NCBI GenBank assembly: GCA_041742355.1
Contig: JBGSIV010000304.1
Coordinates: forward strand, 1 to 52,497
DNA from: Candidatus Zixiibacteriota bacterium
Lineage (GTDB): Bacteria; Zixibacteria; MSB-5A5; GN15; FEB-12
DNA: 52,497 bases
Reading direction: 5' to 3'
The notes below the pieces were generated by a model, which was given only the letters and a program-made list of their open reading frames with translations, searched no databases and was not told where the DNA came from. Of this stretch, positions 1-9,470 are shown in pieces. Both the position numbers and the translations under genes were made by a program. The first letter of the stretch is position 1. Each line of letters opens with the position of its first letter.

Positions 1-915
1 CACAAAGCCATAGATCTCTGGCCGGTTGCCAAGCGCACGAATTTCTGGAACTCTCAGGACTCATTCCGTAAGGCAGTGGATCTTGATCGGTTCAGGCAAA
101 GTCCGCTCCTCAAGGCGTTCATCAATACCGTTACCACCGACCTATTCGACCAGTTGGTCCGCGTCTCGGATCCAGGGGTTCGAGACAGCGATGGACGGCT
201 CCAGGTGGACCGCGTCATCGTATCCGGCCGGTGCGCCCGCTTTACACCTCTGCAGGATGCCCTAAAAGAGTGTCTGCAGGTTTATACAACGTTGCCCGCT
301 GGAAACACTATCTTTCTCAGCGGATCTGAACAGAAGGATGCTGTGGCAAAGGGAGCACTCTACGCTGCAGCACAGTCGCTGTCGATTAAGCACCGATCGG
401 TGGATGCATACTACGGAGTTCTCTACTTGGCCAAGCCGGGCCAGTACGAGTTCCTCACGGCCCTGCGACCGGGGAATGGCTTGGACCCTGCTCACACAGA
501 GGCTATTGCCAAGCATGTGGGTAACGAACTGCACATCGAGTTCCCACCGCGCGAGATCAGGTACAGTCGCTCGGTTTGGTTGTTGCGCAGCTATACGGAA
601 ACACCGCATGAGGATTTCCTCCGGGAACGCACCGGTATGTTTTCAGACGTCGCCAGGCTCGTCTACGATATGGCACCCCAAGGCCCGCAGTCGATAGTTG
701 TGACCGCGCAGATGCTGCCCGGCAATCGTGTCGGCAAAGTCAGGCTCAAAGTAGGCAATCGGATGACGCAGTACGACAGCGCCAATCAGTCGCTCGAAAT
801 GAACCTGCTTCATGAGGAGAGTATCTGGCCGTTCTGCTCAATGGAATGCCTGCGAAAACACATGAAGGCGCTGTTAGAGGCTGATGACACCACCGGATGG
901 AAGAAACCTCGCTGA
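1..915 (+). CDS. Hsp70/actin-fold ATPase, C-terminal part (5'-truncated by window edge)
   Basis: Frame is open from base 1. VDRVIVSGRCARFTPLQDAL and QKDAVAKGALYAA match the Hsp70 adenosine motif (VILVGGSxRIP) and connect-2 motif (PDEAVAxGA). The C-terminal ~170 aa do not resemble the DnaK substrate-binding domain. Confidence 0.75.
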   Translation, partial: HKAIDLWPVAKRTNFWNSQDSFRKAVDLDRFRQSPLLKAFINTVTTDLFDQLVRVSDPGVRDSDGRLQVDRVIVSGRCARFTPLQDALKECLQVYTTLPAGNTIFLSGSEQKDAVAKGALYAAAQSLSIKHRSVDAYYGVLYLAKPGQYEFLTALRPGNGLDPAHTEAIAKHVGNELHIEFPPREIRYSRSVWLLRSYTETPHEDFLRERTGMFSDVARLVYDMAPQGPQSIVVTAQMLPGNRVGKVRLKVGNRMTQYDSANQSLEMNLLHEESIWPFCSMECLRKHMKALLEADDTTGWKKPR

Positions 916-956
916 GCGGCGGTAGACGCCGGAAACCGTTAGAAGAGGAGACACAT

Positions 957-3152
957 GTGGCCAGTCCCCTGTGGACTCAATGCAGACTTTGGGTGGCATT
1001 TGCGATAGCCGCCGTGATAGTGGTATCGGCACTGAGTCCTCTATCGGCAAAAGCTGGTCCTTCAGAGGGTCCCGAAAATGAATCGCCTCCAACAAACCAC
1101 CGGGACACTTCGATGGATAGAACCGTATCGCTCTATGTCATCGATGGTGCTACGAGCGCCCTCTATTCTTTTGGGCAAGGAAGGTTGTTCGCCGTAGCCA
1201 TGATGTCACCAAGCGCCGTGGAGAAACCCGACAAGGTTGCGGCTCCGGTAGGCGGGAACCCTTCCGATCTGTTATCGCACATAGCGAACTCCGACATAGT
1301 GCAGACTCTTTGCTCTAAACTCAAGATTCAGTTGCCTAGGAGAGCCTCCCTTCGGGATTCAGCGCTGGCAGCCTTTAGCAGTGGGGCCGCCGAGAGTGAC
1401 CGCAAGATTTTGGCCTCGGTGTTCGAGAGCGCGGGCCTGCAGTTCAATATTGTCACGACTTCGGGATTTCCAGAACTGGATGAGAGATTTCCCGGAAGTT
1501 CCCCCGGGGACACAGAGCCGTACCGTAAATGGCTTGAAGTGGTTGCGGTAGCCGGAGAACTGAGAGGTTCTATGGCCCAGCTCCCTGATTCTGCTAGCGC
1601 AGAAGGGGAGGAACTGCGGTTTCGCATCCAGCTGGACTCGAGGAGTGCAAACAGGCTGAGCGTTGGAGCTGTGCCGGACTCGGTCTACGACGTACAGGTT
1701 AACGTTTCGAGAATGGAAATTACGGGAGAGGTGCGAAGGAAGAAATCGGTTTCAGCCGATTCTGCTGGGTCAGTCTCCCTTTTCGTTAGGCCAACCGAAG
1801 GTGATCTCTCAGGAGTTGCAGCCCTGCAAAAGACGATTGCACTAAGCGTACCGCCAGAACCGAACCTGCTCACTATGAAGACGATCATCGCGAGCGCCGT
1901 TGTCGCATGCGTCACAGTCGGAATCTTGGCTGTGGTCCTGATCTTCAGGCGACGGCACCAGTTGCATAATGAACTATCTAAAGTCGCAGGGCAGCCTGTG
2001 TATCCGACAATGCCAGCATCAGCCGTCACAAAATGGCCACCGGTAGATCCCGCGGCTCAGGCATCCACGAGGCTGCTTGACGAGATAGCTCGCCAGTATG
2101 GCCTCGAACGGAGAAGCGCTGAAGGGGAACTTGTATCCGCTGTCAAACGCGATCACCTCAGATCACTTGAGTACGATAGGTTTGTGCAATCGTTGTTTCA
2201 GATGTTAAAGTCGTACGACGTACCAGTCGATGTCGATTGCGGAGCGGAGGGTATTCTTGCGGGTATCAAAGGTGCGCTACAGCGGTGGCACACTGAACAG
2301 CAGGCTGCCTTACAGAGCCAGAAGGTTTTCGGGGACGCGCTGCAGCCACTGGTGGCAGGGAGTGGACGATTCAGAGAGTTTTTTGAGCGAGCAGCCTGCA
2401 ATGCTGGCTCCCCTCCTGCATCTCTTGCCCCTGAAGCAGACCAAATCCGCTTGGCATTGCTCGGGCTGGAACTGGGGGTGAGAGACGAAGATCGGTCGAT
2501 TCGGGCCCTTCACAGGGCTGTCCATCGGCTGTTACAGCCGATGGAGGAGAGGGTCTCGCGGTTGGGCGACAGCACTCTCCTGGAATTGTGGGTCACCCTG
2601 CGAGGCTACCTCGGTGATCCGGTTCCTGAGGCTGCGGTAGTGGCGGGTGCTTGCCCCGATCCACTCGATGTCGGTTGCCAGCAGACCGACTTGAGCCAGC
2701 AATGGAAGGCTGAGTTCCGTCGGTCATCTTACCTAGATCGGGTTGATAGTGGTTATCAGGAGTGCGTCCGGCTCGGGTTCCGTATTCGTACGCTCGCAAT
2801 TGTCACTGCGCCGACTGACGATGCTTCGAAGCTCGCCATCCTTACCGAATGTGATATTCTCAGTAGCGCCTTGGCGAGCCACTTGGCGGTGATTCTCGCA
2901 GCTGCAGACCGGATTCCCCACACTCCATATCCAGGCATGCCATTCGATCGGGCATCCATGTCCAGCCAGGGTGATCTAGCCACGCTGAGCCAATCAGAGT
3001 TCGAGGCTGTGTCCCGCTACATTCAAGACGGGTTGGCGGACGTCGTGGGCGTTGGTTTCGGCGAGTTTGAGGAAGACGCATGGCGGTCGTGCGTGGCACC
3101 AACCCGCGTTGTCCTCAGCCGGTCCCAGAAACCCTTGAAAGGCCGTTCGTAA
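957..3152 (+). CDS. Exported/membrane protein: signal peptide, extracytoplasmic domain, TM helix, cytoplasmic helical region with GrpE-like C-terminus
   Basis: In-frame GTG at 957 follows GAGGAG (945-950); the ORF track starts at 897. Hydrophobic N-terminus ends in AKA. TM TIIASAVVACVTVGILAVVLIF is followed by RRRH. C-terminus PYPGMPFD...VGFG...CVAPTRVVLS resembles the GrpE beta domain. Confidence 0.6.
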   Translation: MASPLWTQCRLWVAFAIAAVIVVSALSPLSAKAGPSEGPENESPPTNHRDTSMDRTVSLYVIDGATSALYSFGQGRLFAVAMMSPSAVEKPDKVAAPVGGNPSDLLSHIANSDIVQTLCSKLKIQLPRRASLRDSALAAFSSGAAESDRKILASVFESAGLQFNIVTTSGFPELDERFPGSSPGDTEPYRKWLEVVAVAGELRGSMAQLPDSASAEGEELRFRIQLDSRSANRLSVGAVPDSVYDVQVNVSRMEITGEVRRKKSVSADSAGSVSLFVRPTEGDLSGVAALQKTIALSVPPEPNLLTMKTIIASAVVACVTVGILAVVLIFRRRHQLHNELSKVAGQPVYPTMPASAVTKWPPVDPAAQASTRLLDEIARQYGLERRSAEGELVSAVKRDHLRSLEYDRFVQSLFQMLKSYDVPVDVDCGAEGILAGIKGALQRWHTEQQAALQSQKVFGDALQPLVAGSGRFREFFERAACNAGSPPASLAPEADQIRLALLGLELGVRDEDRSIRALHRAVHRLLQPMEERVSRLGDSTLLELWVTLRGYLGDPVPEAAVVAGACPDPLDVGCQQTDLSQQWKAEFRRSSYLDRVDSGYQECVRLGFRIRTLAIVTAPTDDASKLAILTECDILSSALASHLAVILAAADRIPHTPYPGMPFDRASMSSQGDLATLSQSEFEAVSRYIQDGLADVVGVGFGEFEEDAWRSCVAPTRVVLSRSQKPLKGRS

Positions 3153-4582
3153 TGCCGGCGTTGGAATGTGCAATCCAGTGTCCTCGGTGTCAGGAGGAGG
3201 TTGCCCAGGAACTGGCCGCCTTCTGCCCCTACTGTGGCCACATCCTCATTGTCGACGGAAGAGCGGCAGGTCCGCTGAATCCATACACCTGCCCTCCGGA
3301 GCCATCTCCATCGGGACCGAGCGTCATCGCCGCAGCCAGAGTGCGGACTCAGGCCCCACGCGAATTTCCTCTCGCCGGACCAGTCCTTGACGCAGCTGTA
3401 GCTGGGGACCGGCTAGCTCTCGCGCTCAGCGATCGCTTGCACCTCATCGACTTGAGTTCGAGCGTCACTTCCGGCGAGCTCCGCCATCCTTTCGCAGCCA
3501 GAGAGTATTTGGGCGGCAACCTTATGATAGCTGGCCGCTTCGTTTTCGAGGTGCATGCTGACCGAGTCATCTGGCATCACTATACGGCAGCCCATCTCAC
3601 TGGATCTTACCGATTTATGCCGGAGCTTGTTAACGAACCGCTCCTCGGAGCTTTATCTCGTGAAGTCGTGTTCGATGGTGAGCGAACCCTCATTATCGTT
3701 CTCGCTGGCCAGTCAGGGCTCCGGGTTCTACTGGCATACCTTAGCCGCGGACGCCACGACCTCAGACCCAGCTTCACGGAGCGAGTATTCCGTTTCGACA
3801 AGCCGCGCCCACTAGCGTTTATGACCGTCGACAGCAGGGACATGCTCTATGTACTGCCACTACTCAATGAAGATGACACGAAGATCTTCTTCGAGTTCGA
3901 CCTCAAATCTCTCGCAAGACCTAACGGAGAGGCGGTGCTGACCACTAGCATCGCCGCTGGCCTGCCCGATTTCTGCCAACCGAGGTCCCTCGTTTCGAGC
4001 CGCACAAGACGCCTCTGGCATGTCTACAGCGTCGACGGCTATTCGCAACTCGTTTGGCAGGATGGCGAGGAATGGAGTCAGCCGGAGTCCTGTGGCCCGG
4101 TTGCCGTCGATCCTAATGTCCCTCTTGCGGAGATACCGCGGCGCGGGAAACCTCGATTCGATCCTGATCGAAGACTCGCCTACTTCGAAAGCACGACCTA
4201 TGGCTTGGTCACGGCCGACTTTGACAAGAAACTTGTAACGAAGCACTTACCGCGGGTCGCTCAGTTGCTCAATATCGATGAAAACAAAATCGTGTATTCT
4301 ATGGAGCATCTCTGGCCCGCCTACGGGTCGCTTGTCGGATTCCTGCCCGATCGTAGCATCGGGGCCTCCTCCGCGTATTCAGCTTGCTCAATAACTTCTC
4401 CCCCCAATAACGGAAGCTCCGGCTTTCAAGTAAGCAAGTTTGGTCCCATGCTCTCCGGTGATGGGAAGTCCGATGTACCGCTCTACCCGGCGAGATCATT
4501 GTTCTGTCACGACCGACTGATCGCCTTCGGCCAAGAAAAGCTGATGGTGATCCCATACCACGGGAAACCTTTGGGCAAGTAG
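3152..4582 (+). CDS. Zinc-ribbon protein with beta-rich (propeller-like) C-terminal region
   Basis: ATG overlaps the upstream stop (TAATG). N-terminal CPRC...CPYC zinc ribbon, Pro-rich linker, then repeated short beta-strand segments (RLALALSDRLHLIDL, RLIAFGQEKLMVIP). Confidence 0.6.
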   Translation: MPALECAIQCPRCQEEVAQELAAFCPYCGHILIVDGRAAGPLNPYTCPPEPSPSGPSVIAAARVRTQAPREFPLAGPVLDAAVAGDRLALALSDRLHLIDLSSSVTSGELRHPFAAREYLGGNLMIAGRFVFEVHADRVIWHHYTAAHLTGSYRFMPELVNEPLLGALSREVVFDGERTLIIVLAGQSGLRVLLAYLSRGRHDLRPSFTERVFRFDKPRPLAFMTVDSRDMLYVLPLLNEDDTKIFFEFDLKSLARPNGEAVLTTSIAAGLPDFCQPRSLVSSRTRRLWHVYSVDGYSQLVWQDGEEWSQPESCGPVAVDPNVPLAEIPRRGKPRFDPDRRLAYFESTTYGLVTADFDKKLVTKHLPRVAQLLNIDENKIVYSMEHLWPAYGSLVGFLPDRSIGASSAYSACSITSPPNNGSSGFQVSKFGPMLSGDGKSDVPLYPARSLFCHDRLIAFGQEKLMVIPYHGKPLGK

Positions 4583-4599
4583 CTAAGGATATATCTCAC

Positions 4600-5841
4600 A
4601 TGAAGTTATTCATCCTCTTGTGGATTGCAGTTGGCATGGCTGTGCTCACGGCTCAAGGACAGGAGCAAGGGTGCGCCATTCTCTTCGACAACTCCGGTTC
4701 GATGGTCCAGTATTTCACAAAGCAGCAGATGCTTGACGCTGAGCAACTGGTGCTCGACCTGGCGCTGGATGGGAAGGTCGATGAGACCAAGTGGGAAGTC
4801 GTCGGAGATCGCAGTAAGCTCAAGCCTCTTTGGCAGACCGGACAGCGACTGTATCTGCATGCGTTCGGCCAGCTAACGTCCGACGTTGAACCATTCTTCC
4901 GAATCGTGCCAAGCTACGGCGCCCCTCCCTCGCGGGCAGAAGCCGAGCGGGTCATCAGATCTGAATTGCTCGATTACCTCGACTTCGGCGACAACTTCAC
5001 CCATATCGAGCTGGCACGAAATCTGGCCTGGTGGACGTTTGCGGGCAATAAGACCGAGGCCAATGACAAGCTCTTTATGAATGTTCTGACCATAACCGAT
5101 GGCGTCCCGGATCAGCTCAAAGACCTGTCGTCGGCTGGCAACTACATTCGCCGGGCGTTCACCAGCAACGGCATTCAGGAACGTCATGTCCTTCGTTTCG
5201 AACATCGGGTCCCCTCGCTCAGAGACCCACAAATGCGCCTTGCAGTTCAGTTGGATTATGTTGGTCCGCACTTCTACGTGCAATCGAGTAGCACCACACC
5301 AAGTGACACAACCTCCGACACCACAGTTTCCCGGACGTCCGATGCAATTCGTTTCACTCAGCCGCGTCCTAATACACTGTTTGATGGGCAGTCCAAAGTT
5401 GTGAACCTCCAGTGGATCGGCGAAGGAGACTTCTCGCACTACCTGGTGGAGGTCTTGATGCAGGCGGGCCGCGGCCGGGTCCTGCAGGTGTCGGTGGGCC
5501 GCCAGCAACAGGCGCGCCTCGATATCGCCCGTCAGTTGATGCCCAAGCTGAAGGAATTGCACCAGAAGGAATACCGGCTGATGGCGGTAGTCCGCGGCGT
5601 GTACCAGGACCCAGATCGGGCGCCGCTTGTGTCAGGGCCGATGCCGTTTCGGATAGCGGGGGAGACTCCCACACCATGGGGCTTTATCTGGGCAGGGATA
5701 GGTGCACTGACACTCGGAGGTCTGTTTGCCGCCCAAAGAGTCGGTCTTGTTCAGCGCTTGATGCGCTGGCTGCGTGGCCTTTTGGGTGGAGATACGCCAG
5801 CGGACAATGATAGAAAAAGCCACGGAGTTTCGGAGATCTGA
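4600..5841 (+). CDS. Exported von Willebrand factor A (vWA) domain protein with C-terminal TM anchor
   Basis: Signal peptide; MIDAS motif ILFDNSGSM, FTHI Thr and ITDG; Ser/Thr-rich linker; beta-sandwich-like domain; TM WGFIWAGIGALTLGGLFAA. Confidence 0.8.
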   Translation: MKLFILLWIAVGMAVLTAQGQEQGCAILFDNSGSMVQYFTKQQMLDAEQLVLDLALDGKVDETKWEVVGDRSKLKPLWQTGQRLYLHAFGQLTSDVEPFFRIVPSYGAPPSRAEAERVIRSELLDYLDFGDNFTHIELARNLAWWTFAGNKTEANDKLFMNVLTITDGVPDQLKDLSSAGNYIRRAFTSNGIQERHVLRFEHRVPSLRDPQMRLAVQLDYVGPHFYVQSSSTTPSDTTSDTTVSRTSDAIRFTQPRPNTLFDGQSKVVNLQWIGEGDFSHYLVEVLMQAGRGRVLQVSVGRQQQARLDIARQLMPKLKELHQKEYRLMAVVRGVYQDPDRAPLVSGPMPFRIAGETPTPWGFIWAGIGALTLGGLFAAQRVGLVQRLMRWLRGLLGGDTPADNDRKSHGVSEI

Positions 5842-5861
5842 CTCTTTAAGGAGGGATATAA

Positions 5862-6275
5862 ATGCACTGGTTATTGGCCGCCCTCTTGGGCGGATTGCTA
5901 GCAAATGCGCTCTGGTATGTGCTCGCAACCATAGCAGTTGGCGCGGCCGCCATCGTCGCCGTACACTTTCTGTTCTTCAGCCTTGCTGTGAGTCTGAGCA
6001 AGTTCAACTCGGCTTCTCTGAGCGGCGGATTCGAGTATTCGCTTCACCGTCAGTGGCTCTCAAGCCTGATATATTTGATTCTGGGCATACTGCTGCTCAT
6101 CGAAGTTGTCGTCGGATGGCAGCTGAGTTGGTTCGGCGGTTGGCTCTTAGTGCTGCCATTGCTGATCCTGCTGCTATTTGCGGTGGTGATGTCAATCGTA
6201 GCGGCCAGGCGATTTCGCGGCCGCCACAACCGCCTTGCAGGTCTGAGATCAGCGATGAACAAGACGAGTAAGTGA
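5862..6275 (+). CDS. Small multi-pass membrane protein
   Basis: Strong RBS (AAGGAGG); about 4 hydrophobic segments and a basic tail; stop lies within 10 nt of the next start. Confidence 0.7.
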   Translation: MHWLLAALLGGLLANALWYVLATIAVGAAAIVAVHFLFFSLAVSLSKFNSASLSGGFEYSLHRQWLSSLIYLILGILLLIEVVVGWQLSWFGGWLLVLPLLILLLFAVVMSIVAARRFRGRHNRLAGLRSAMNKTSK

Positions 6276-6283
6276 GGTATGAT

Positions 6284-9200
6284 ATGGCGCATGGTTTAGC
6301 AGAACTCCGCCTCTTTCGCACGCTAGTCCTCGGCGTGGGGACCTCGGGCAAGCAGGTCCTCGAGGGGCTGCAACAGCTATGGTTCGAGCGATTTGGCAAC
6401 CTGAACAGTTCGTTTCTTCTGCTCGTGAATATCGAGACCGAGCAGGCCGGCGCGAAGCCCACCGCCGATGCCGGCTCAATGATTCACCAGTGTTTCATCA
6501 AGAATGTCGAGCAATTCAAGGATATTGAGAACCGGCTTCGCAGCTCGGATGTCCCTGCGTTCGTGAAGCGCTATCCGGAATCGCAGCACCACTGGGAATG
6601 GATCACCAAATTCGTCCACGCATCGTCAGTGCAAGGCGGTCCGGGGCTGGTTGGTGGCGAGATGAGAGGCACGGGACGTCTTCTCCTTCACGGCAAGAAT
6701 GACAAAGGCGTTCCTAACTATCAGGTAGTGCAGGGCTTCATCGAACAGCTCGTAAAAAAGCATTGGCCCAGTTTCAATCAAGCAGGTTTCCCTATCGAAA
6801 AGCAGATCTACAGAGATTTCGGCCTTGAATCTGCCGACTGGGATGACAAAGATAAGCCCGAACTGGATCAGGACGGGCTCATGCGGTCAAAGAAGAACGC
6901 CTACTTCGATCCCCTACCCAACATCTATGTAGTCGGCTCCCTCACCGGCGGCACCTGCTCCGGTATGGCGTTCGATCTCGGCTATCTCCTCCAGGAGATT
7001 TTCGGGTATCCGGTCAACGGCGCGGTTGTCGGCACCCAGACAGCCGGCATCTTTATGATTCCCCCGGTCGAAGGGGACGCACTGGCCAGGTCCGTCAACC
7101 TGCCACGGGTGCGAGCCAATGCCTTTGGCGCCCTCTATGAGCTACGGAAGCTCTACCGGGACTTCCGCTCTCCCAATCGCATGCCATTCGGTACCACTTA
7201 CTTGTGCGCTCCTGAGTACAACAGCACACAACACGACGATACCATCCACTTCGACGGCCTCATCGAAATGGTCGCACTGCGAGTATTCTCGCTTGCCTTG
7301 GGCTACCACGATAGACTTACGTCCAGCGTGAAGAATCAGCTGCAGGGAGGGTCCGAACCGTTTTTCGGCTTCGGTATCGGGGCCGCAGTCTATCCCAAGT
7401 ACTCCCTCGTGCTCAAGGGCACCTACGAGTTGCTCGCAAACCACTATGCACGTCTGACGGACAAGGATGACTATCGCGATCTCGGTGGACGACAGCAGAA
7501 GATTCTGGAGTCTTCGATTCGTCAGCGGGTCCGTGCAAAGGTTGACGAATGCATGGATCGTATGTTTGCAGTCGTCCACGCTGCCGCAACAAGCGCTAAT
7601 CTGTCACTGGACGCTGCTGCCGATGAATGGGTTGAGAAGCTCTCAAAGAAGGAAGTAAGTGAACAGGATCTGGTAGATCAATTTCTCCAGCCAGCCGGAC
7701 AGTTCAACGATATGGGCAAACGTGGCCAGCAGATGCTGGCTGTAGTGGAGGAGCTTATTGACAAAGATTGCGTCAAGCAGCTCGAGATATCCACCAATCT
7801 GATATACGTGAAGCAAACCTTAATCATGTATGATTTCTGGTTCGACCGTATGGGGGACCTCCTTGCCGCGCAACAGGCTAACACGTTTGTGTCAACGGGC
7901 TTCAAAGAAAAGGTAGCGGCTCTGCTTTCCGAGTGGCGCATCTGCAAGGGTGTGGACAAGCGAAGGTATCTTCAGCTCCTGCTGGCCCTGCTCTTGGAAA
8001 AGGCAGCAATTGCTCATTGCAGCGAGCAGATAGACGCCATTCGTGAACTGATTAAGGTGAAGGTCAGTGCCGTCGCATCTGCCATCAGTCGGCTCGGCGA
8101 ACAAATCCCGAAGTTGCGCGAGGAGGAGAACCGATACGACGACCGCCTTGTCGATGACGATTCCTATGCTCCGGTGACAAAGATGTTCTATGTCAACCAG
8201 GACAAGGACTACGACGCTATGAAGAAGGGGTTCCTCGGTGACGACGAGGCAGCCGAGATACAGTGGTCCCTGTTAGCGCCAGTCGGCTTGGGACCCGATA
8301 TTCTCTGGCAACATGTGTGTACTGAGGGAACCAAGGCTGCCGTCAAGGAAACTGTCATAAATGATGGCGACACCCATGCTAATCGCGATTCACTGCAGCA
8401 GCGCCTCGTCAATCACATCAGGCGGGAGTTGATCATCTCTCTGAACAGATACCTGCATCCGAAGAATCAGCAGGTGGGATTCCGAGCCAGTGCGAAAGTT
8501 TGTGAACCGCATCATGCTGCTGCCGTCGCCAAGATGTTCAAGCGCGTGCGGGCCGGTCTGCTCAAGTACCGGGCCACCGAAGAGAGGGGTCAAGTCGCGC
8601 GTCACCTGCTGGGCAGTGAAGACAAGGGTGAACTCGCCAAGGTGATCGTAGAGTTCGGGCTGGACCAGGATCCTTACAAGGTAGGACCATGTGAGCTCGC
8701 CCTTGCCGGCGATCAGATCATTCACACCCGCGACATTCCCTGCCTCGAATTTGAGCGGATGGCCGCGTACAAGCAGCTCAAGGACAGTTTCCTCGAACCA
8801 CCTGAGGAGGCCTTGGTCGATAGAGGCGGGGAGTCGCGCGAGGATATGATACGCAACTGGCAGGCAGTCCGACTGACACTGAATGGGGATGCTAAACTGA
8901 ATGGGGAGGTTGATTTTACGCTCATCGACACCATGAAAGTGGAGCGCCTCAAGGGACTCCTGGCGTTCGTACGATCTTTCTGGTTTACTCCGAATGGCCC
9001 TGCCGACACCGCCGTGCTTAACGTGCCGAAGGCACAAGTTGGTCAGAACGGAATGGCAACTTCCTCGGGATGCTTCGTCCGGTCGAGCGATTGCAGGAGG
9101 ATCCTGGCGTTCAGAGATGACTCGACCAAGGCCTGCATCGAGCTCGACGTTGATGATACTACGGCGTACCAGCTGAACGTCCTATGTAGGTACGAACCGG

Positions 9201-9460
9201 TGTATGCCAAGTTCATGTCTTACATAAGCAGCCAGATAGGACCGCACAAGGACCAGGGCGGACTGACCCACCTGAAAAACCTCGACAGCTTCTTTATGAC
9301 AACGATCGCCGATACTGTTCCCGTCAATGATCGACCGAAGGTCAAAGAGAGCCTTTTTGGCGATGTACAGTTTGACAAGATAACCAGCGCTGACGAGATC
9401 CACCGCAAAGACTGTGTCGTGAGTCGGGCTTTCAAGATCCTGGCCGAATTGAGAGGATAG
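6284..9460 (+). CDS. FtsZ/tubulin-like GTPase (Tubulin_2 / FtsZl1-type) with long helical C-terminal extension
   Basis: TLVLGVGTSG (T1 loop), RGTGRLLL, IYVVGSLTGGTCSGMAFD (tubulin signature variant) and ANAFGALYEL are typical of Tubulin_2 proteins. ATG at 6284 follows GAGGT; alternative GTG at 6272. Confidence 0.8.
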   Translation: MAHGLAELRLFRTLVLGVGTSGKQVLEGLQQLWFERFGNLNSSFLLLVNIETEQAGAKPTADAGSMIHQCFIKNVEQFKDIENRLRSSDVPAFVKRYPESQHHWEWITKFVHASSVQGGPGLVGGEMRGTGRLLLHGKNDKGVPNYQVVQGFIEQLVKKHWPSFNQAGFPIEKQIYRDFGLESADWDDKDKPELDQDGLMRSKKNAYFDPLPNIYVVGSLTGGTCSGMAFDLGYLLQEIFGYPVNGAVVGTQTAGIFMIPPVEGDALARSVNLPRVRANAFGALYELRKLYRDFRSPNRMPFGTTYLCAPEYNSTQHDDTIHFDGLIEMVALRVFSLALGYHDRLTSSVKNQLQGGSEPFFGFGIGAAVYPKYSLVLKGTYELLANHYARLTDKDDYRDLGGRQQKILESSIRQRVRAKVDECMDRMFAVVHAAATSANLSLDAAADEWVEKLSKKEVSEQDLVDQFLQPAGQFNDMGKRGQQMLAVVEELIDKDCVKQLEISTNLIYVKQTLIMYDFWFDRMGDLLAAQQANTFVSTGFKEKVAALLSEWRICKGVDKRRYLQLLLALLLEKAAIAHCSEQIDAIRELIKVKVSAVASAISRLGEQIPKLREEENRYDDRLVDDDSYAPVTKMFYVNQDKDYDAMKKGFLGDDEAAEIQWSLLAPVGLGPDILWQHVCTEGTKAAVKETVINDGDTHANRDSLQQRLVNHIRRELIISLNRYLHPKNQQVGFRASAKVCEPHHAAAVAKMFKRVRAGLLKYRATEERGQVARHLLGSEDKGELAKVIVEFGLDQDPYKVGPCELALAGDQIIHTRDIPCLEFERMAAYKQLKDSFLEPPEEALVDRGGESREDMIRNWQAVRLTLNGDAKLNGEVDFTLIDTMKVERLKGLLAFVRSFWFTPNGPADTAVLNVPKAQVGQNGMATSSGCFVRSSDCRRILAFRDDSTKACIELDVDDTTAYQLNVLCRYEPVYAKFMSYISSQIGPHKDQGGLTHLKNLDSFFMTTIADTVPVNDRPKVKESLFGDVQFDKITSADEIHRKDCVVSRAFKILAELRG

Positions 9461-9470
9461 GAGGTAAACA

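Noticed and set aside
6284..9460. Calling the gene ftsZ
   Set aside because: About 1060 aa, variant signature, and no dcw-cluster context.
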